Source: Sminthopsis crassicaudata
Taxonomy: Eukaryota
NCBI RefSeq assembly: GCF_048593235.1
Contig: NC_133620.1
Span: forward strand, 73,596,852 to 73,660,851
Reading direction: 5' to 3'
DNA: 64,000 nt
Below are positions 13,602 to 27,367 of the stretch, piece by piece. Within the stretch, counting starts at the first letter, position 1, and each line of letters opens with the position of its first letter. Both the position numbers and the translations under genes were made by a program. A model generated the notes under the pieces. It was not told where the DNA came from and did not search any database. It saw nothing but the letters and a program-made list of their open reading frames with translations.

Positions 13602-14048
13602 TGATACTTTTAGATGCTATGACTATTACTCAATTTTCCCATAGTTATTTGATAATTGGAATTTTATGTACCATATTTAAAGTTATAATTAACAAGAAAA
13701 ATCCTAAATCATTTTGGCTTTGGGAAGTAAATGATACATTTAAAAAAAAATTTTATCTAACTTGCTGTGGTTTGGGCATATCTCCTGTGAGCCTCAGGCT
13801 AATTGCTTTGTCATTATTTAGCTGTGTGAATGTTTTGCTTTTATTACAGCTAATCTTAATTTTCATCTTTATTCAATTCACCAGAATTCATGTATACCCA
13901 GCAAGTAGACAACGTATTTTTCAATGTTATGTAACAAATTACATACATGTATGTATATATATTATATATATGGAAATATATATCTTTTTTATTATTTTAA
14001 CAAGAAAGTACAAGAAATAATTGTTGCTCTGTTACTCTAGTGTATGAT

Positions 14049-14228
14049 TTAACCTGGAACCCATGAACTTTTAAAAAATGTTTAAAAATTGTATTACATA
14101 TAATTATTGGTCTTTTATAATTATAAGCATTTTATTTTATGTATTATAAAATTATGAAAAGGGATCCATTCATAGTTTTACCAGAATGTCAAAAGGGACT
14201 ATGATAAACACATACAAAAAAGGTTCAG
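14049..14228 (+). mobile_element. hAT/Charlie-type MITE copy
   Basis: tttaacctggaacccatgaac...gggatccatt...caaaagggactatga...aaaaaaggttcagaa. Confidence 0.6.
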
Positions 14229-14647
14229 AAATATGATACGCAAATTCAAAAAGGTTGGTCTTATACAAGTTTATTGAGCTTTTCATTATTAGGACTCTTT
14301 CCTCTATCTACTACTTGTTTTGCTACTTGACTACATATATTTTTTCTTTGCTACTTACTTTTCTTCTATAACTTGATGGATGTGTATTCTCCTGAGTTTG
14401 TGTCCTTCTTCCTCAATTCAGGTTACAAGCTATCTACAGTACCTCCTCATTCTGTGTGAATCTAGTACAAGATATATTCACTGTTCTGGGGACCTCATTA
14501 TTGATGTCTTCATACTGAGTGGATTCAAGTAGAGCTCAAAAGGATTAGTTTGATGTCCCATACTCTTCTCATTTGACCAATTCATCTTCCCAGTCATATA
14601 CTCTAATGGCATCCTTTTAGGCCCCTTATGTCTAATTCTTGTTGGTC

Positions 14648-14810
14648 TTAATAGTTTGAAAGGATTGTAGAAGTCCAAACCTGTCATTTTACAGTTAAGC
14701 AAACTAAGGCCCCAAGAGGTTTGTTGATTTGTTGAAGATCACATAAGTAATAAGTGGCAGAGAAATCATTTGAACCTGCATCTTCTGACCCTAAATCCAT
14801 TGCTAGTCCT
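14648..14810 (-). mobile_element. MIR SINE
   Basis: cattttacagttaagcaaactaaggcccaagagg...atttgaacctgcatcttctgac. Confidence 0.7.
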
Positions 14811-15221
14811 ATTTCTCACCTTATTCCTTTCCAGAGCCCTTTGGATCACTCTCAATCTTATTTCTTTGAAGATGACAACATTTTTAATTGATTATTTTGT
14901 CATAATAACAGTATAATTTTGTTTGTTCTTTACATTTATTACTTAAGTTGATTCCCACAACTAAATAGTGGTTGTAGAGAGAGATACATAGCATAAAGAT
15001 TATTGCTTTTATCTATTTATTTTTGGTTTGTACCTAGGATTTCAACTGTGTAGGGAATTGTTGAGTGAGAACATTTACTCAACAAGTATGAATCAGCAAC
15101 TCTTCTACAATTTATAATTTTAGGGTATTTTCTGGAGCACTGAGTGGTTAAGCAATTTGCCCAGGGTCACCTAGGCAATGCATTTTAGAGGCAGTACTTA
15201 GACATAGGTTTCCTTGGAAAG

Positions 15222-15480
15222 CTAGGTACCTGGGTGGTGCCATGAACAAAGAACCAGGCCTGGAGTCAGGAAGTAAGTCCAGTCTTATTATCTATGTGAC
15301 CCTGGGCAAGTCCCTTAATTTTGCCTTCCTCACTTTTCTCATTTGTTAAAATAAAGATAATAAAAATACCTTCCTCCCAGGGTTGTTGTGAGACTCAGGT
15401 GAGCTAATATTTATAAATCACTTAGCATTGTGCCTGATACATAGTATATACTATACTGTATAATTACAGTATTAAGCATC
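15222..15480 (+). mobile_element. MIR-like marsupial CORE-SINE
   Basis: ggcctggagtcaggaag...gtgaccctgggcaagtccctta...cccagggttgttgtgag...tagcattgtgcctgatacatag. Confidence 0.75.
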
Positions 15481-16984
15481 TACTGATACAGTTAATAAAT
15501 ACCCTTTTACTTCCCTTCCCTCCTTCCCTTCTTCATTCCTATTTTCTTTCCTCGTTCAAATTAAAGTATAAATTTGATGTTTTAGTTTTGGAAATTGCCA
15601 GCTGGAAGAATTTAATATCATAATTAGTTTTTTTAATAAATGATGGTACTATTAAATATATCTTTATTTCCTTTTACCTTCTGTTTTTATATTATAGTCC
15701 TTTCTCAAAACACTCACCCAATCATAATTTTATTTTCACTTTTATCATTCTTTCCCCTTCCAATACCTTGTGAAGGAATATTTTGAAATTATCAACATTA
15801 ATGATAATAAAAATTATTAATCACAGCAATAATGTGCTTGCTTTTGTATCTTGTAATAGTCTTGTTTTCAGAAGAAAGATACCTATGTTTGTGGAATCAT
15901 ACCAGAGGTTCAGCCACAAACTGCAAAATCTGATTCTATTCAACTTGTATAATAAGCACATAGTGTCATTGTGACGATTGAATATGATTTTAGCTTTCTA
16001 TAAACTTCTTTTAAGTTATTCAGAATTGGGATTGCACTACCTATTTTCATTGTAGATAATTTTCTTTTTTTGCCACTTTGCAATCCTTTGAATTCCAGAG
16101 TTCATGGTCCATTGACTTAAAAGGTTTGGAAATGAGATTTAACTTTCTATTTCTTCAGATGAAGATTCCACAGAAATTGCAAGAAGGTCTCATTTCTTTT
16201 GGCAGCTAACAAACATATTCAGTGTGATGGGTTCCTAGTAATATAGTCATAAAAAGTCACATATACAGTCAGTCTTAGTCACCTGTTTAGCTTTTGTGTT
16301 TTCTGGGAAATGTACCTTACTTGGTAGAGAAGAGGAGTTTAAAGAATCATACAACTAGAGCTGGAAGAGATCTTAGGGGTCATCTTGTTTTAACTTCTCA
16401 TTTTTCAGATGGGAAAACAGTGACCTACGAAGATTGTGACTGGTCTAAGGTATCACAAATAGTAAGCTAGAAAGTCAAATTCATAAGAGATTCCTTGAAA
16501 ATGTAATCAGATGATCAGCAAGCATGTTCTGTTTGGCAGTGTTCTAGATGTTAAGGTGACAGTTAAAAAATTAAATAGTTCTTGCCCTCAAGGAGCCTGC
16601 ATTCTATTAAGAAAGAAAACATATACATAAATAAAAATATAGAAAATAGATGCAATGTATACCTTTGTAACTTTGACCCTTTTATCAAATGAGACACAAA
16701 GCAGGAATTATATATACGTGTTTACTATTGTCATGAAGCTTATCTAATTCAGAGTCCAGAACACAGGGATTTGATGTATTTGGTAAGAGATCCTCAAGCT
16801 ACTCTGTTTGGAGATAATATTGTGCACTCTGCATTGAACCTAGGTTCATTGCAGATCATACTGAATGAATTTCATGATTGCTTAACTATCCACTTGGTTT
16901 ACCAAATAAATAAAGAATGCTTTTTGCCAAGAATATGATTGGCATTTGAATGTATGACTCATAGAATTTGTCCATTAGTGAATA

Positions 16985-17345
16985 TATCTTAGAGAAACCT
17001 GACAAATGGAAAAATGAGTTGGACACAGAATTGAACAGAAAAGGAACTGTTGCCTTTAGGGAAATTATATTTAATGACCCAATACTTTACTCTGAAACTA
17101 AAGCCTATGCTTTATTTCATTTTGTTTTTAACAACCAGGGTTTTTATGATGATGTTAAATGGATTTCAGTCACAGAGTATTAAAAAAATTCAAAGAATCA
17201 AAATTGCATACCACCTAAAGGTGAAGAGATACATAGTGGGCATAAATAAGCCATAAAATAAAATCACTGAAAGCAAGGACTTATGTAAGAGAAGGGTCCG
17301 TTCAAACATCAGGATAGTGATGTGTCTGATGATATCCTATCATTA
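16985..17345 (+). mobile_element. RTE-clade LINE, RT C-terminal fragment
   Basis: ORF 16968-17183 NELDTELNRKGTVAFREIIFNDPILYSETKAYALF resembles marsupial RTE ELNRRKRAGWIAFGKL..FNDPKL..ETKAHLF. Confidence 0.8.
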
Positions 17346-18984
17346 GTAACTCATTCCTTTGTATTACCTTGTTCTCTTTTAAAATTCAAACATATTTTTG
17401 AAGAGTACCATACCATTGAATCTGGAATCTCTGAAATCCCTTCTAGCTTCAAAGGGCTAGGAATTTATGAAATATTAATTTGATTTAATTGGTCACATTT
17501 CTTCTCTCTTCGTTAATATATCTGTGATGACACATTTGTGGGGGGAATTGGCACAGAATGAGAATCAAAGAACCGAAGACAAAACTGAGTTCTATTTGAT
17601 TGAGTTCTAAGCAATGCTGTTCTGATCTGAAAGTGAAACACTGTGCTTCTCTGTGAATCTAAGAATGCAACTGAGAAGTAGCCAGAGTTTGTTTTGCCCC
17701 CACAGGATAAAAGCACCTCACTTTTATTTGTTATGGGTCAGCCAGCTAAGACCTCTCACACTTTAGCTCCTGTTTTCTTCCTTCTATGTTGCCAGTACAA
17801 TGTTAAAACTAAGAGGTCAGTGTAAAGAAGTGACCCCACACTGCTCTAGATGCAGGCTCTGTGGTCTGGTGCAGGTAATAGTTCATTCATTCCCTGCCTA
17901 GTGTTCTTTCCACTCCCCCCCCCTTTTTTAGCCAGGCAGCAGTAAATAATGATTTTTCAAACATGGTTCAGTGTTGCCTCTGTAGAGAGAATACCCATAC
18001 CTGAAATGATAAATCTCTGAACACTGATACATAGTAGGTACTTAATAAATGTTTGTTGATTTGATTGAAATGCTTTGCAGAATCACTACCATCACTGCTT
18101 CTTCCCTCTTCAACCCTTCCCCAGTCCCATCCCCATAATAATCTAAGAACCTTGGAACTTTTTAAACAATCTCCTTAAAAGTGAATCATTGTTTATCTTC
18201 AGAGAGCATCTCCTTTCTTGAGTTTTTTTTTCTAAAGGAATCTGATGACATTTTTAAAATGTCCCCTTTTCTTCAAAGGTAAAGATTATAGAATAGATTA
18301 TGCTAAAGAAGTTCAGGGTTGACTTGTTAGAAAATAAAGAAATCTTAAGTCCTTTTTGTTCCCCTTGAAAATGCAGACATTCTGATCAATTTTTCCAGTG
18401 CCCTTTGAAATGAGTGTGATTTTCCTTACAAATAATACCCTTTTCCCCATTGCAACTGCCATTATTTTCCTTTTCTACTTCCTCATCCCTGGTGCTTTGT
18501 AGCCCTTCTTTGTTTAAACTCTCTCACAATGAAGAAGCTGTGTAGTGTTAATAATGCCTCATCATGGAAGTCCTTTAATAATGTAGGTTATAAGTGTGAT
18601 AAATAATCTATAAATGGAATTTAAAAGAAAATATTTTAAAGTACTAAAGTTGAAGACCAAATATATTAACCAGCTCTATAGAATGTATTTGTAATCAAGA
18701 CTTACTAATTAGTTATATGACCTCAGGAGAGTTATTAGCATAAGTAGTAAACAAGTGAAAATTTTGCTGGCTATAAGAAAGTAGCATGTTGGCTGATCAA
18801 GGACTAGACTCTTGGTATCAAGAATTGGGTTAAACTCTTTACTCAGACATTTATTAGCTATATGATCCTGGATATCAGTTAACCTCTCTATGTTCCTCAT
18901 TTTCCTGATCTGTTAAATGAGGCCTAGAAAAAAAGCCTCTAAATTCTTTTCTGGCTTTTATCTGTGATCCTATTTATTTCCCCC

Positions 18985-19348
18985 TTCCATTTAATAGTCT
19001 TTTAGTTTTTCTAGTTACATGTAAAGAATAATTTTCAACATTCATTTTTATAAGATTATGAGTTCCATTTTTTTTTCACTCTTTCCCTTACCACCCCTCT
19101 CCATAAGTGGCAAGCAATCTCATGTAGATTATAAATGTACAGCAATATTAAACCTATGTCCACATCAGTCATGAAATCAGTAATGAAAGAAGAATCAGAA
19201 CAAAAGGCAAAAACCATGACAAGGAAAATAAACAAAAAAATTAATGATTCTAATAAACCTATTTCCATATTAGTCATATAATGAAAGAAGAATCAGAACA
19301 AAAGGGGAAAACTATGAGAAACAAAAAAAAAAGTTTCGATGATTCTAA
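18985..19348 (-). mobile_element. L1 3' UTR end with internal tandem duplication
   Basis: ttacatgtaaagaataattttcaacattcatt...gaaagaagaatcagaacaaaagg is the reverse marsupial L1 3' terminus; the last ~100 bp occur twice. Confidence 0.85.
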
Positions 19349-21104
19349 GTAAATTGCTTTATTTTTAAGTTGTCAAAATTTAAAGATAAAAAAAGGTTTA
19401 AGGATTTTATATAGAAAGAAGGATCTACATTTTGGAATGAATTCTTTTTAAAAAGTTTGTTTTTTTTCTCACTCAGGACAATTTAAGTTTTAGAACTCAT
19501 TTTTTTTTGTCAGAGAGAGCAATGGAGGCTAATAGCTTTTTTCTTTTAGCTCTTTGTGGTAATGATCCTTTCAGGCCTGCTCAGGGTAAGGATAGGGCCA
19601 ACAGGGTTCAGTGTAGCAAGCTGAAACTTCCCCACATTGAGAGCAAGAGAAGGCATAACTAAGGAATTCTTGTACTGTTAATGTCCTTAGGTTTCATGCC
19701 TTAAAACCAGAATCTGTAACTAGAAGTTGAGCTAAAAAGTTAGCTCTGGAAGTTACATATGGTATCTAGAACAAAAACAAGGTCAGAATCATATCAGCAA
19801 GAAAGTTTAATTCCAGAATAAGCAAAAGGGGACACAGGTTTTAAAATGAGTATTCAATTTGATGCCCTCAGCAGGTTATGAATTTCTGTGTGGATGTAGG
19901 AAGCTTTTATTCATTCAATTCAATGAACGTTTATAAGTACTTTTACTTGCTAGGTAGTATTCTTGAGACAAAAACACAAGACTTCCTCTTCCTAAGGACT
20001 TGACATTCATGTAGACTCAAAGTTGATTCTAAGAATGATGGAAATAGAATAGCAAAATAATCATTATGCAACTGTGGATTTTGTAATGAAACGAGCAAAG
20101 CTTACAGAGAGAAAGAACTCAGTCATTTCCCCTTAGATCTTAAGTAGCATGTGTTTACTGTGTAATATGGCATATCCTTGTTATATATGCTTTTATCTTA
20201 CCCTCTTTCTAGACTAAAGCCTCTTGAAGGCAGGCAACATATACTACTTCAAATCTCTTTAAATTTTCTGACTTCTTTGGTACTTTTTCATTTGCAACAC
20301 GAGAGAGTTGAACTTTTAGAATTATAGGGCTCTAAGGACCCTTGTAATGCTAGATCTGTGATCCAGCAATTACATGAAGTCAAAAAATTTTGTGTCTCTA
20401 GAAGCATATTGTTGAGTTGGAATCCAAATGTAAATTTTGGGACTCTGTTAAATATTCTATATTGCTATTTATTTTGCTGTTCCTGGCAAATCACTATAAA
20501 ATTCACGATATTGTTACAGTCTTGTTTATTGAGAAGTTCAGTTTTTCTTTTTTTCATTTGTATGGAGCTCTTAGAGATTATAAAACTATTGTCATACTGT
20601 CAGCAGAACTGTCACTACCTTCATGCTGCTTTTGCCATGATTTCTGCCATACTCTCCATTTGATACCCATGCTTTAGAAATTGACAGTAACTAACTTCTG
20701 ATGTTTAAAGAGAATGAAATCCAGAGTTTCCTAAATAGTAGAAAGAATGTGAATATTATCCAGGGGTTGTCATGACTCAAGACTTAGGGAAGCAGAGAAA
20801 ATGTAGGTTACCAGTGTTAATCAAGTAGAAGGGGCTTCTGTAGAGAGATGTAACTTTCTGGAAAATTTGAAGCAATGGCCGAGAAGTGTGCACAGGAGTA
20901 AAAAACCTCATTGCCAGTCCTATAACTGGAGCTTCCAGTTTGGTGTAGGTCTTTCCATATATGGTGCTGGCAGTCTGAATCCATGAAATATCACCTCCAT
21001 GATGTAGTATCACCTTCCTTCAGTATCATTGTGATACTTCAATATCACAAATAATATTAACAGTGTTAATAATGTAATTTATTATATATTGTAATACCTT
21101 GAGG

Positions 21105-21210
21105 AAGTTATTTCCCTCCCTGAGGCAATTGGGGTTAAGTGACTTGTCCAGGGTCACACAGTTAAGGAAGCATTAAGTGTCTGAGACCTCATCTGAACTC
21201 AGGGAGGAAA
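21105..21210 (-). mobile_element. WSINE1-type SINE fragment
   Basis: gaggcaattggggttaagtgacttgtccagggtcacacag. Confidence 0.8.
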
Positions 21211-21633
21211 TGATTTTTTAAAGCCCAACTTGGGAACAGCTTGAAGAACTTGACAAAAATACATTTTAAATCTGACTACACATATAATTGCCTTTATTTC
21301 AGATTCTATCCTATGAGGCCTTTGTGTTTTCACTGGTGTAGATACTTCCATTCATTTCAGCATGTGTTTGCAAAATGCCTTCTAGGTACAAGACAGAAAT
21401 TAAAAGAAAAAAGTCCCTTAAGGGACTTTTAGTATATTGTATTTTTCTCTACTAATTATAACACTTCTTTACTTTCTTCTGCTATGCTATTTTTTCCAGT
21501 CCAGAAAAATAGACATGATTTATTATACATATGCTATTCTCAACCACAACAAAAACAGTTCAGAATGTTTATAGGTATTTAGTTACATTAACTGATTTTA
21601 GGTATGTAGCTCTTGCACTAAAAGATGGAATAT

Positions 21634-21790
21634 AGGGACAGCTAGGTAGTGCAGTAGATGGAGCACCAGTCCTGAAGTCAGGAGGACCAGAGTTCAAATA
21701 TGATCTCAGACACTTAACACTTATAGCTGTGTGACCTTGGGCAAGTCACTTAACCCCAATTGCCTCAGTTTGAAAAACAAAACAAAACAG
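21634..21790 (+). mobile_element. Full-length WSINE1-type SINE with perfect 14-bp TSD
   Basis: gggacagctaggtagtgcagtagatggagc...gagttcaaat...ttaaccccaattgcctca with an A-rich tail; TSD aaaagatggaatat at 21620-21633 and 21791-21804. Confidence 0.93.
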
Positions 21791-22781
21791 AAAAGATGGA
21801 ATATCCTATATTAGGAATAGGCAATTGGTAGGAAGAACCCTATATCACATGATGGAGATAGAGAGTTCTGGTTCAAGACAACTTTTTTGCTTTTATACCT
21901 TCCCATTAGACTGTGTGAACTCCTTGAAAACAAGGATAATTTTTTTCTTGTTTTCTTTGTATGTTTAGCATTGAGTATAATGCCTGGTACATGGTAGATG
22001 ATTAATGAATGCTCTCTGACTAATTGACTGTCTGATTGACATGGGAGAGATGATGCACTTCTATATGTAGTGATGTCTCCTGAAAGTTTCAGCCAGGTAG
22101 GACCAGGGGCTAGGTATTCCATATCTCTATTCCATTAGTATCTGTAGTCAATCTACTTTTACCTCTGACTTGTCTTTTTCTCTCACAATTTAGTCTGTGC
22201 ATTTCCCTATTCTTTCTCTTGGCTTTCATGGAGAAATAGAAGCCAGTACGATGGCACTAAGACCCGAGACCAGGTTTTTCTTTCCCATGTCTTCCCATAA
22301 ATTCTCCATAGAGGTTTCATCCATTGCACCTTTTGTCTTAGTTCTTATATTAGTCTTGGGGACGGTGCCCATTTAATACCTGGGACATCCTTATCTCATT
22401 ATTTAGTCTCTTTACATGAATGGCCTCCCTCCTTTTCTAGTAATAATCCTTTTTCCTCTGTTCTCCTGATAATTCTTTTTGTCCCATTTCTTAAACATAA
22501 GCTATTATTGTCATCACACTAAAGCCTAATTACACCCATAGTGCTTTAGCTTATTCATAATTTAGATCTTTTTCAGAGATTCTAGTGTTACGGTGATTCA
22601 CAGCCATAGACTTGAGTCTAAAGAGATCACATTTGTGCTAGGAAAGTCATAAAAAGCACTCATCCTGATCTCCTCCTATTCATTTCTTAATCTAGTCACT
22701 ATCTGCAGCACACTTCTTGATGGGCAAATACATATACCTGTGTATATCAGTACACTTATGCATAGGTATATTTACATATGT

Positions 22782-22785
<4 letters not shown>

Positions 22786-22814
<29 letters not shown>
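22786..22814. repeat. (TG)14 microsatellite
   Basis: Perfect TG run. Confidence 0.97.
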
Positions 22815-22817
<3 letters not shown>

Positions 22818-23394
22818 AAATAAGGCAGTTCATCTTGGCAATGGGCTTTTAATTCTCTTTGTCTCTCTAGGGCATTTCTCAAGGTGTATGATTAGCCTAA
22901 TCTTTTTCCAAATGATATTTTCACTGAGGAAGCTTAGAAGTGTTCTATAATTCAATGGAATTGCTGTTTTAGAAAGAATAGGAGCATTTGGAAATCCTTA
23001 CCATCAATAAGCAATCATTCTTTTGTTTGGAATCATGTGGGACATCTTCCATGACACTGACCAACACCTTAGGTCAGCATGTGTCAGTGCTCAGTAGTTA
23101 ATAGAGCACTGGCTTGGAGCTATCGGAGTTTGCTTCAAGGCCTGGCTCTGATGGTTACTAGCTACGTGATGATGAATAAATCACATAATCTTTTGAACTG
23201 CAGTTTCCTCAACTGTAAAATGGATATAATAAAACCACCTATCTAAGGTTATTGGTAGTATCAAATGGAATAATATTTGTAAAGCACTTTGCACAATACC
23301 CAGTGTATAACAGGCACTTAATAAATGCTTATTTCTTCATCTTTTCCTCCTGAGGAAACCTCTTCCATTTTGGTTCTCTGTCAAGGAACTTTTG

Positions 23395-23850
23395 TATAGC
23401 TTTTGGAAGAAATTTTTCCTTACCATGAATTGAATTTTGCCTCTCAGTAATTTCCACTCTATTGTTCCCAGTTTTCCCCTTTGAAACCAAGCAAAACATT
23501 TAATTTTGTTTTATTTCAAATTAGTTACTTCTTTGGTTACTTTTATTTCAGATAGGTGAAGTTAGCTACCGTGTTCCCACTCAGTTTTTTTTTTCTTTTA
23601 TAGACTTAACTTTCCCCGTTTCCTATCTGATCCCTATAGAGCATGATTTCCAGTACTTTCGCCCTCCTGGTTGACCTCCGGCACTCTGTCTTGTCAAGAC
23701 TATTTTAAAATGTGGCACCCAAAATAGAATGAAATATTCCAGATATAGTCTCACCAGGGCATGATGCAGTACAAAAGGGATATCACCTCCCTGATTCTGG
23801 ATGCTGTTAATGTCCATTAATGTAGCCTGAGATCATCTTAACTCTTTTGG
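23395..23850 (-). mobile_element. CR1/L3 LINE 3' fragment
   Basis: Minus-strand ORF 23623-23817 ALVRLYLEYFILFWVPHFK matches the CR1 ORF2 motif LVRPHLEYCVQFWAPHFK. Confidence 0.85.
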
Positions 23851-25339
23851 CTGACCCAGAATGAAAGATTTAGAAAGAGTTCTAACTGAGGGAGCTGAAT
23901 AAAATGACAATTTGTGTTCCTTCAGGCTGTAGTTCCATTTTTAAATCTTATTTCTAGTTCTTATAATAATTAGCAAGTAAGTCTACCAGCTAGGTTATAT
24001 ATAGGAAATTAATGGTGATAGAGAGTGGAAAAGGGACATATTGAGTAGTAATATGGTAAAGAAATGGTGTTCTTGTGTTGGAGAGAAACCCACAAATGAC
24101 TCTCACAGGAAGGGTAAGATATGATTCATCTTCATGGTTTATCACAAATCCCTAGCTAGGGTCAAACCATGGCCTCCTACGGGTATGTGGCTACCATTTT
24201 GGAGACCACTGTTATAGTGGAAAGAATTCTGGACTTGGAATTTGAAAGGAGTAGGAAGGAGGGAAACAAGCATTAACCACTTAATAAACTGGTTACTATG
24301 TGCTGGGCACTGTACTAACAATAATTATCTCAGTTAATCCTCACAATACCCCTAAGATGCAGGTGCTTTTATTATCCTCAATTATATAGTTAATAAGAAT
24401 TGCCCAGGATCACATGACTGATAAGTGTCTGAGCCAAAATTTGAACTCAGGCCTTTCTGACTTCAGGCCTTAGGTTCCATGCACCTAGGTTCAAATCCCA
24501 TACCAAAGACTTACTAGCTGTGTGATCCGGGATAAGCCCTGGGATTCAGAACTTCTGACCTCCTCCCTTTCTCCTACAATTAGCACATTAACTAACTTGT
24601 CTGTGCTCTATTCCTTAAGAACCTGTCATAAATGGTCTGATGCAGTCAGCAACCAGAGCCAAGAAAACAATATTGTAGTCACAATGACTACAATAATATA
24701 AATAGAAAGAACAGCTACTAAATAATCAAAAGATGTTTTTGCAATGCTGCAATATGCTGCAGTGTGTTGAATGTTGCAAAAGTACTAAGGACAAACACGG
24801 CTTCAAATAAAGATATGAAGGAGTACTCCTAAACCTCCCCCCCTCACCACTGCGCCCCTTTGCAGAGGTGGGAGCTCTATGGCTAGGGAATTTTTTGTGG
24901 ATTTTCATACTTTTTTTGATGTGGGATCAGTTTGGGTGATTTTTTTTCTCCTTTTTTTCTTTAAAATAATATTATTTGCTATATGGTATGAATCTCTGGG
25001 AAGGGTAGCAAACAAAAATGTCAATGAAATTAATCTAAGAAGAATATAAAATTCTTAAGGTCAGGGATTATGTTCTTTTCTTTTATTTGAATTCCCACCA
25101 ATTAGCATGGCTCCTCACACTTACTAATGTGTTTTCATTCATTTGCACCTTCAGTCATTGTGTTTACTTTAAAAATTCCCTCTTTTGTACTCTAGCTTTT
25201 TAAAAAATCTTTTCTGTCATTTCCATATTGATAATGAACTTGTGTAGTTGAGTTTACTACAAACCTATTTGTCAGAGTTCAGGAAGAAGATTTGAACTCA
25301 GTGGATTTTTCCTAGATTTATTTTCTGTGTTGTGATTTC

Positions 25340-25610
25340 TTTTGAATGAAACATATTATTTTTCACTTTTTTTGTCTGAGTCTTCTTGCACTAGAATAAT
25401 AGGGAATTATATGAATAATATAGAAATGTTTAATATGACTGTACATGTATAACCTGTATGGGATTGCTTACTATCTCAGGTAGAAGGAAGGGGAAGGAGG
25501 ATGAGAGGAATAGAATTTGGAATTCAAAACTTTAAAAAAATGTTAAAAATTGTTTTTATATGTAATTAGGAAAAAATAAAATATTATTTTAAAAAATGAA
25601 AAAGAATTTT
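25340..25610 (+). mobile_element. Old L1 3' UTR end
   Basis: gtacatgtataacctgtatgggattgcttactatctcagg...aatttggaattcaaaactttaaaaaaatgttaaaaattg...aataaaat. Confidence 0.75.
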
Positions 25611-25635
25611 AAGATGAATTTTTTTACCTTCTAAT

Positions 25636-25803
25636 TAGTAGTTCTTAACCTTAAGTTTTGAACTTTAAAATGTGTGTGTAATTGATTTTCTTTGTAATCC
25701 TATGCATTTTATCTTATGAATTTAAAAGCACACCAAAAAGGAGTCCATTAGCATTAGCAGACTGACAAAAGGGTCCATGACAAAAAAACCCTAAGAATCC
25801 TTG
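25636..25803 (+). mobile_element. hAT/Charlie-type MITE copy
   Basis: Termini tagtagttcttaacc and taagaatccttg form degenerate TIRs; internal ctttgtaatcctatgcatttta as in the other copies. Confidence 0.6.
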
Positions 25804-27241
25804 CTATCATATATAAAATGCTTATAAATTTCATCTATTTTCTGTGTTAATTTATTTGAAAGAAACAAACAAAAAACAACCCTCAGCCACAGTTTTAGAT
25901 AAATCAACATCTGTTTAGTCTTGCCTGACAATTATATGTATTGCAATCTTCTTGCATCCAAAGTTGCTATAATATGAACTTGTGATGGGTCTATATTTCT
26001 ATATGTAAAGTGATTTTCGTAACACTTTTCTGTTAAAGTATTTCTCTGATAACCTGCCATAGGGAACCTGGCTTTTCAAAAGCTGATTTAGTAGAGCCTG
26101 AACTCTGGTATATTCTGTCTTACTGAGCTGGAAAGGCATGAAGTATGGGCCTAAAGATGCCATGTATGTATGTGTGTGTACATAAAAATATAGATATAGA
26201 TGTGTGTATCTATCTGTCTATAAATAGATACACACACATACACATACACATAAAACTCCACCACTTTAGCAACTCAGTCTAGCCTAAAGACTATCTCCTG
26301 AGTCAACAGAGAAGTTTCAGTCTGATGTTTTAAGAACCCTGCTTCTGGGTTTTTTGAAGTATAAAAGTAGCCTGCCTTTCTCTAAATCAATGTCAGTAAA
26401 TATTTATTGAGCACCTACTATATACCAAGAAAGGCAAAAGACAGTCCTCATTCTCTTTTTTTAATGGCATTTTCCCCCGATTACATGTAAAAACAATTTT
26501 TAGCATTTATTTTTAAAATCAAGTTCTAAAAAATTTCCCTTTCTCTACTCCTCAGCACAGAGACCTTGTAAAGGTGAAGACAATATGCAAGCAATTATGT
26601 ACAAATAAGAAAAAATATATACGATAAATTAGAAATAATCTAAAAATACAAAAATTATATCACAGCATATCTAATAGGGTCCAGTAATGGGTTAAATGGG
26701 ATTTTTTAGCTGCAGAGTAGTTTTAAAATTTTTGTCTTGTTTTAAATACAGCTTTTTTGCTTTGAAGTTATCTTTTTGTCCCAAGTTCATAGAAAGGGCG
26801 CACATAGCAAGTCTTCCAGAAAACAGCTGAAGTGCTCCATGTTGATAAATTTAATGAGACAACCACTCGTGGAATGAATGATTACATCCTTTGTAAATAT
26901 TCTGCATTTTAGAAGTAAATGTTAGCTTTAGTTTGTTATTGAAAGTGAGTAAAGTTGCTTGCCAATTCTTAAATGAGTCTTTTCTTTCTTTGGAAGATGG
27001 GGTCTGTGGCGGAATATTTTTGACATTGGAGTCATGAGACAAAATGCAACTATGATTGATGACCTTTGAAGTGTGTTCCTTTTTAAGAAATGAAAATCTA
27101 TATCTATAAGTTTAAGCATAAATTAACATTGGAATGTCTCAAGTAGGGTACCCCCTTATGCTTCATAATTACTAACTTTTAAGACTTTTTCTTATTCAGA
27201 AGAGGAGGGAGGACTTCACTGTATCAAACTCACATAAATAG

Positions 27242-27367
27242 GGGGGGCAGCTAGGTGGTGCAGTGGATAGACTTCCAGCCCTGGAGTCAGGAAAGACCTG
27301 AGCCTGGGACTAACTCTGGAACCCTGGGCAAGACACTTAACCTCTATTGCGTTGTCCTCCCACCCAA
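27242..27367 (+). mobile_element. WSINE1-type SINE with replaced internal segment and 16-bp TSD (2 mismatches)
   Basis: gggcagctaggtggtgcagtggatag head; flanks aaactcacataaatag (27226-27241) and aaactcacctgaatag (27368-27383). Confidence 0.8.

Noticed and set aside
12900-14020. Longest ORFs in the track (234 aa and 352 aa, hydrophobic) and the antisense E/K/R-rich ORF
   Set aside because: They are artefacts of the CT-rich tract, which cannot contain stop codons. There is no protein-like composition.
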